Assembly: GCA_029932645.1 (NCBI GenBank)
Contig: JAOZPR010000016.1
Coordinates: 1 to 15,775, forward strand
Reading direction: 5' to 3'
DNA from: Candidatus Aenigmatarchaeota archaeon
Lineage (GTDB): Archaea; Aenigmatarchaeota; Aenigmatarchaeia; GW2011-AR5; JAGGXF01
DNA: 15,775 bases
The position numbers were made by a program, and so were the translations under genes. Of the stretch, positions 14,014 through 15,775 are shown piece by piece (the stretch's first letter is position 1; every line of letters starts with the position of its first letter). The notes beneath the pieces were generated by a model, which worked only from the letters and a program-made list of their open reading frames with translations, was not told the origin of the DNA and made no database searches.

Positions 14014-15249
14014 TTATTTTAACTTACCTATTTTAATGACATCCAGTTGTTCGCAGACGCATTTTGTGCCGAGCAACTCTGCCACAGATGGTCGCGTCCT
14101 GCCATTGTCTCCAGATATTAACTCCTTAATATAGGTACCCGCGACTGTCTCAACAGTGAGCAGAAATCTTCTTTTGTCTTTGTATTTTGTCCTCAGTTTC
14201 CGTACCTTCCTTTTCCTCCGCCTGTTGGCGCGCCTGTGCGAAACGCGCGATGGTGTCCGCTGCTGGATTTCGCCAACGAGCTTCTTCAGCTTTTTAAGGT
14301 CCTTTCTGCTGATGTCCTTACCTGTCTTGACAAGTGCCGAGTATGTCTTCAAGGGTCTTGCTTGCTTCAGCGCCCGCACCTCTTTTATACCGCTTTTTCG
14401 CAGCCGCCTGACCTGCACACTCTTGCTCTTGTTTATTTTTTTCTGCAGCGCCTTCAGCTGCAGCCGCCTCTTGCTGGGTTCTGTGATTTCCAGCACAAAA
14501 GGTCGCCATCCGAGACAGCGCGCATCTATGTCCTCGCGACCCGCGCCGTGAAACTTATGCCACTCGCCGCGCGTCGCAGCCATGACAGGCTTTGCGATAA
14601 TCTGCTGCACGCTTGTTTTGTACTTGCCAGAAGGCCATATGGTCTGCGGTATGCCACGGCGCAGCTTCTGATACTCTCCGTATATGAACAAAGGGTTCTT
14701 CTCCACTTTGACACGGCCCGTGGAAAAATTAAGAATGATATTAATATCCGGGCTTTCCAGATCTGCGCGCTTACCAAGTGCGCGCTCCACGCGCTTGCCA
14801 GTTTCCCTGTTTATCTCTGCCTTTATCGGCTCACAAAAATCTATGCCTACTTTCTCCCACAGGCGCTCTTCCCTATCAATCAAATCAGCATTCAGCTTTG
14901 TGCCAACCAGAAACGTATTAAACTCGACACCTTTGACAGCTTTCTTTATCTTTTTTGTCCACTTATCAATGCCCTCAAAAAGCCCGCCACAGACAATACA
15001 TTTTGACTTCTTCTTGGACCGCTTCACGGTTTTTTTAAGCTCTTCCGAGTGAAACTGCTCTGTGATGTTCGCCTTGTCTATATCTATCTTGCGCTGAGCG
15101 TCAGCATTCATGAGAAAGGCCTTTCGCAGAATGCGGCCGCGCTCGTCATTACTATAGCCTTCAAGGAGTTGGGCAAACTGCCTGCCAAGACAATGATCAC
15201 AGACATAGCCCAACTTGAGAATCATTCCAACCTTTTCCATCACACGCAT
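14014..15249 (-). CDS. pus10: tRNA pseudouridine(54/55) synthase Pus10
   Basis: N-terminal CDHCLGRQFA and CIVCGG, THUMP region, catalytic FHGAGREDIDARCLG..RPFVLEI, IQQRTPSRVSHRRA, GTYIKELISGDNGRTRPSV. Alternative start ATG 15240. Confidence 0.96.
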   Translation of the reverse strand: MRVMEKVGMILKLGYVCDHCLGRQFAQLLEGYSNDERGRILRKAFLMNADAQRKIDIDKANITEQFHSEELKKTVKRSKKKSKCIVCGGLFEGIDKWTKKIKKAVKGVEFNTFLVGTKLNADLIDREERLWEKVGIDFCEPIKAEINRETGKRVERALGKRADLESPDINIILNFSTGRVKVEKNPLFIYGEYQKLRRGIPQTIWPSGKYKTSVQQIIAKPVMAATRGEWHKFHGAGREDIDARCLGWRPFVLEITEPSKRRLQLKALQKKINKSKSVQVRRLRKSGIKEVRALKQARPLKTYSALVKTGKDISRKDLKKLKKLVGEIQQRTPSRVSHRRANRRRKRKVRKLRTKYKDKRRFLLTVETVAGTYIKELISGDNGRTRPSVAELLGTKCVCEQLDVIKIGKLK

Positions 15250-15294
15250 AGTTATTTGTTAGGTTCGTAAGATATAAAAAAAGAAGAGATAGGT

Positions 15295-15648
15295 GTGAAA
15301 CTCAGATTGCTTTACAAAGCACCCCCTGTGGAACCTTGGGGACGTCTATCTGACAAGTATGAAGAAGTACCTGGAACGGTAGAATATGAGATTCATAGGC
15401 ATGGCATACCATATAATAAGGGGGAAATACCTTGGGGAAGTAAAAGAGCCTTTGTTGACGACCTTGTTTTAATTGTAGACAATGGATCTGGTGTACCAAA
15501 AACTCTTGAAAAAGCTCTAAAAAGATTCAAAGACGTTGCCGTTTTCGCTAAGCATACTGGACCAGCTGAGGATTTGGGAAGATTCTTTACTAAAAAAGAA
15601 ATTCCAGAAGGGTATGAGAAAGTGTGGCTTGACAAGGTTCCCTATTAA
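15295..15648 (+). CDS. Hypothetical protein
   Basis: 117-aa ORF with a GTG start and plausible amino-acid composition, divergent from pus10. No recognisable motif. Confidence 0.6.
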   Translation: MKLRLLYKAPPVEPWGRLSDKYEEVPGTVEYEIHRHGIPYNKGEIPWGSKRAFVDDLVLIVDNGSGVPKTLEKALKRFKDVAVFAKHTGPAEDLGRFFTKKEIPEGYEKVWLDKVPY

Positions 15649-15710
15649 ATTCAAACTAAAAGATAGGGTAAACTCTTAGCGATGAAAGACTCTTTTTCTT
15701 CGTTTTTTAT

Positions 15711-15775
15711 TTAGTTATCTTTAGTTTTAGTGACTTTTCTGTTAAATCTTATTTTTCTCACAACGCCACAGGGCT
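15711..15775 (-). CDS. 3' end of a gene entering from the right edge; possibly a zinc-ribbon tail such as RNase P subunit Rpp21
   Basis: ...PCGVVRKIRFNRKVTKTKDN*. Only the CG..R..R pattern is suggestive; too short to assign. Confidence 0.3.
   Translation of the reverse strand, partial: PCGVVRKIRFNRKVTKTKDN

Noticed and set aside
14156..15052. Long antisense ORFs over pus10 (e.g. 14236-15006), and similar ones over ppsA, lysS and the site-2 protease
   Set aside because: These are shadows of well-supported genes on the opposite strand and carry no motifs.
1..15775. CRISPR array, rRNA, inteins, stop-codon recoding
   Set aside because: No regularly spaced repeats or rRNA-like tracts. PpsA, LysRS and Pus10 have normal lengths, and TAA, TAG and TGA all end genes at expected positions.

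Overview
Archaeal chromosomal window, shown by class I LysRS, the rpl21e-rpo4-DUF655 cluster, Pus10, intron-containing tRNAs without encoded CCA, and TATA-type promoters. The lineage cannot be fixed from sequence alone; a DPANN-like organism is only a guess. Most genes are housekeeping: endonuclease III-related glycosylase, HAD hydrolase, tRNA-Glu(CUC), SLOG/LOG-like protein, Trm9-like methyltransferase, tRNA-Leu(UAG), Nudix, GNAT, PEP synthase, Pcm, a membrane protein, LysRS, site-2 protease, DUF655, Rpo4, L21e and Pus10. Four features are missing from the ORF track. (1) Two diverged copies of an unrecognised 100-140 nt non-coding element (3833-3971 + and 13912-14012 -) share a 24-nt identical core and structure-preserving changes. 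Each starts within 10 nt of the stop codon of a known or putative tRNA-modification gene, in the sense orientation. (2) tRNA-Leu carries two introns, one in the D-loop and one at 37/38. (3) A 49-codon ORF at 261-410 (-) resembles the C-terminal HTH of casposon proteins and may mark the end of a casposon lying left of the window. (4) A 32-aa single-TM microprotein lies at 7581-7679 (-). All RNA folds and alignments were made by eye.
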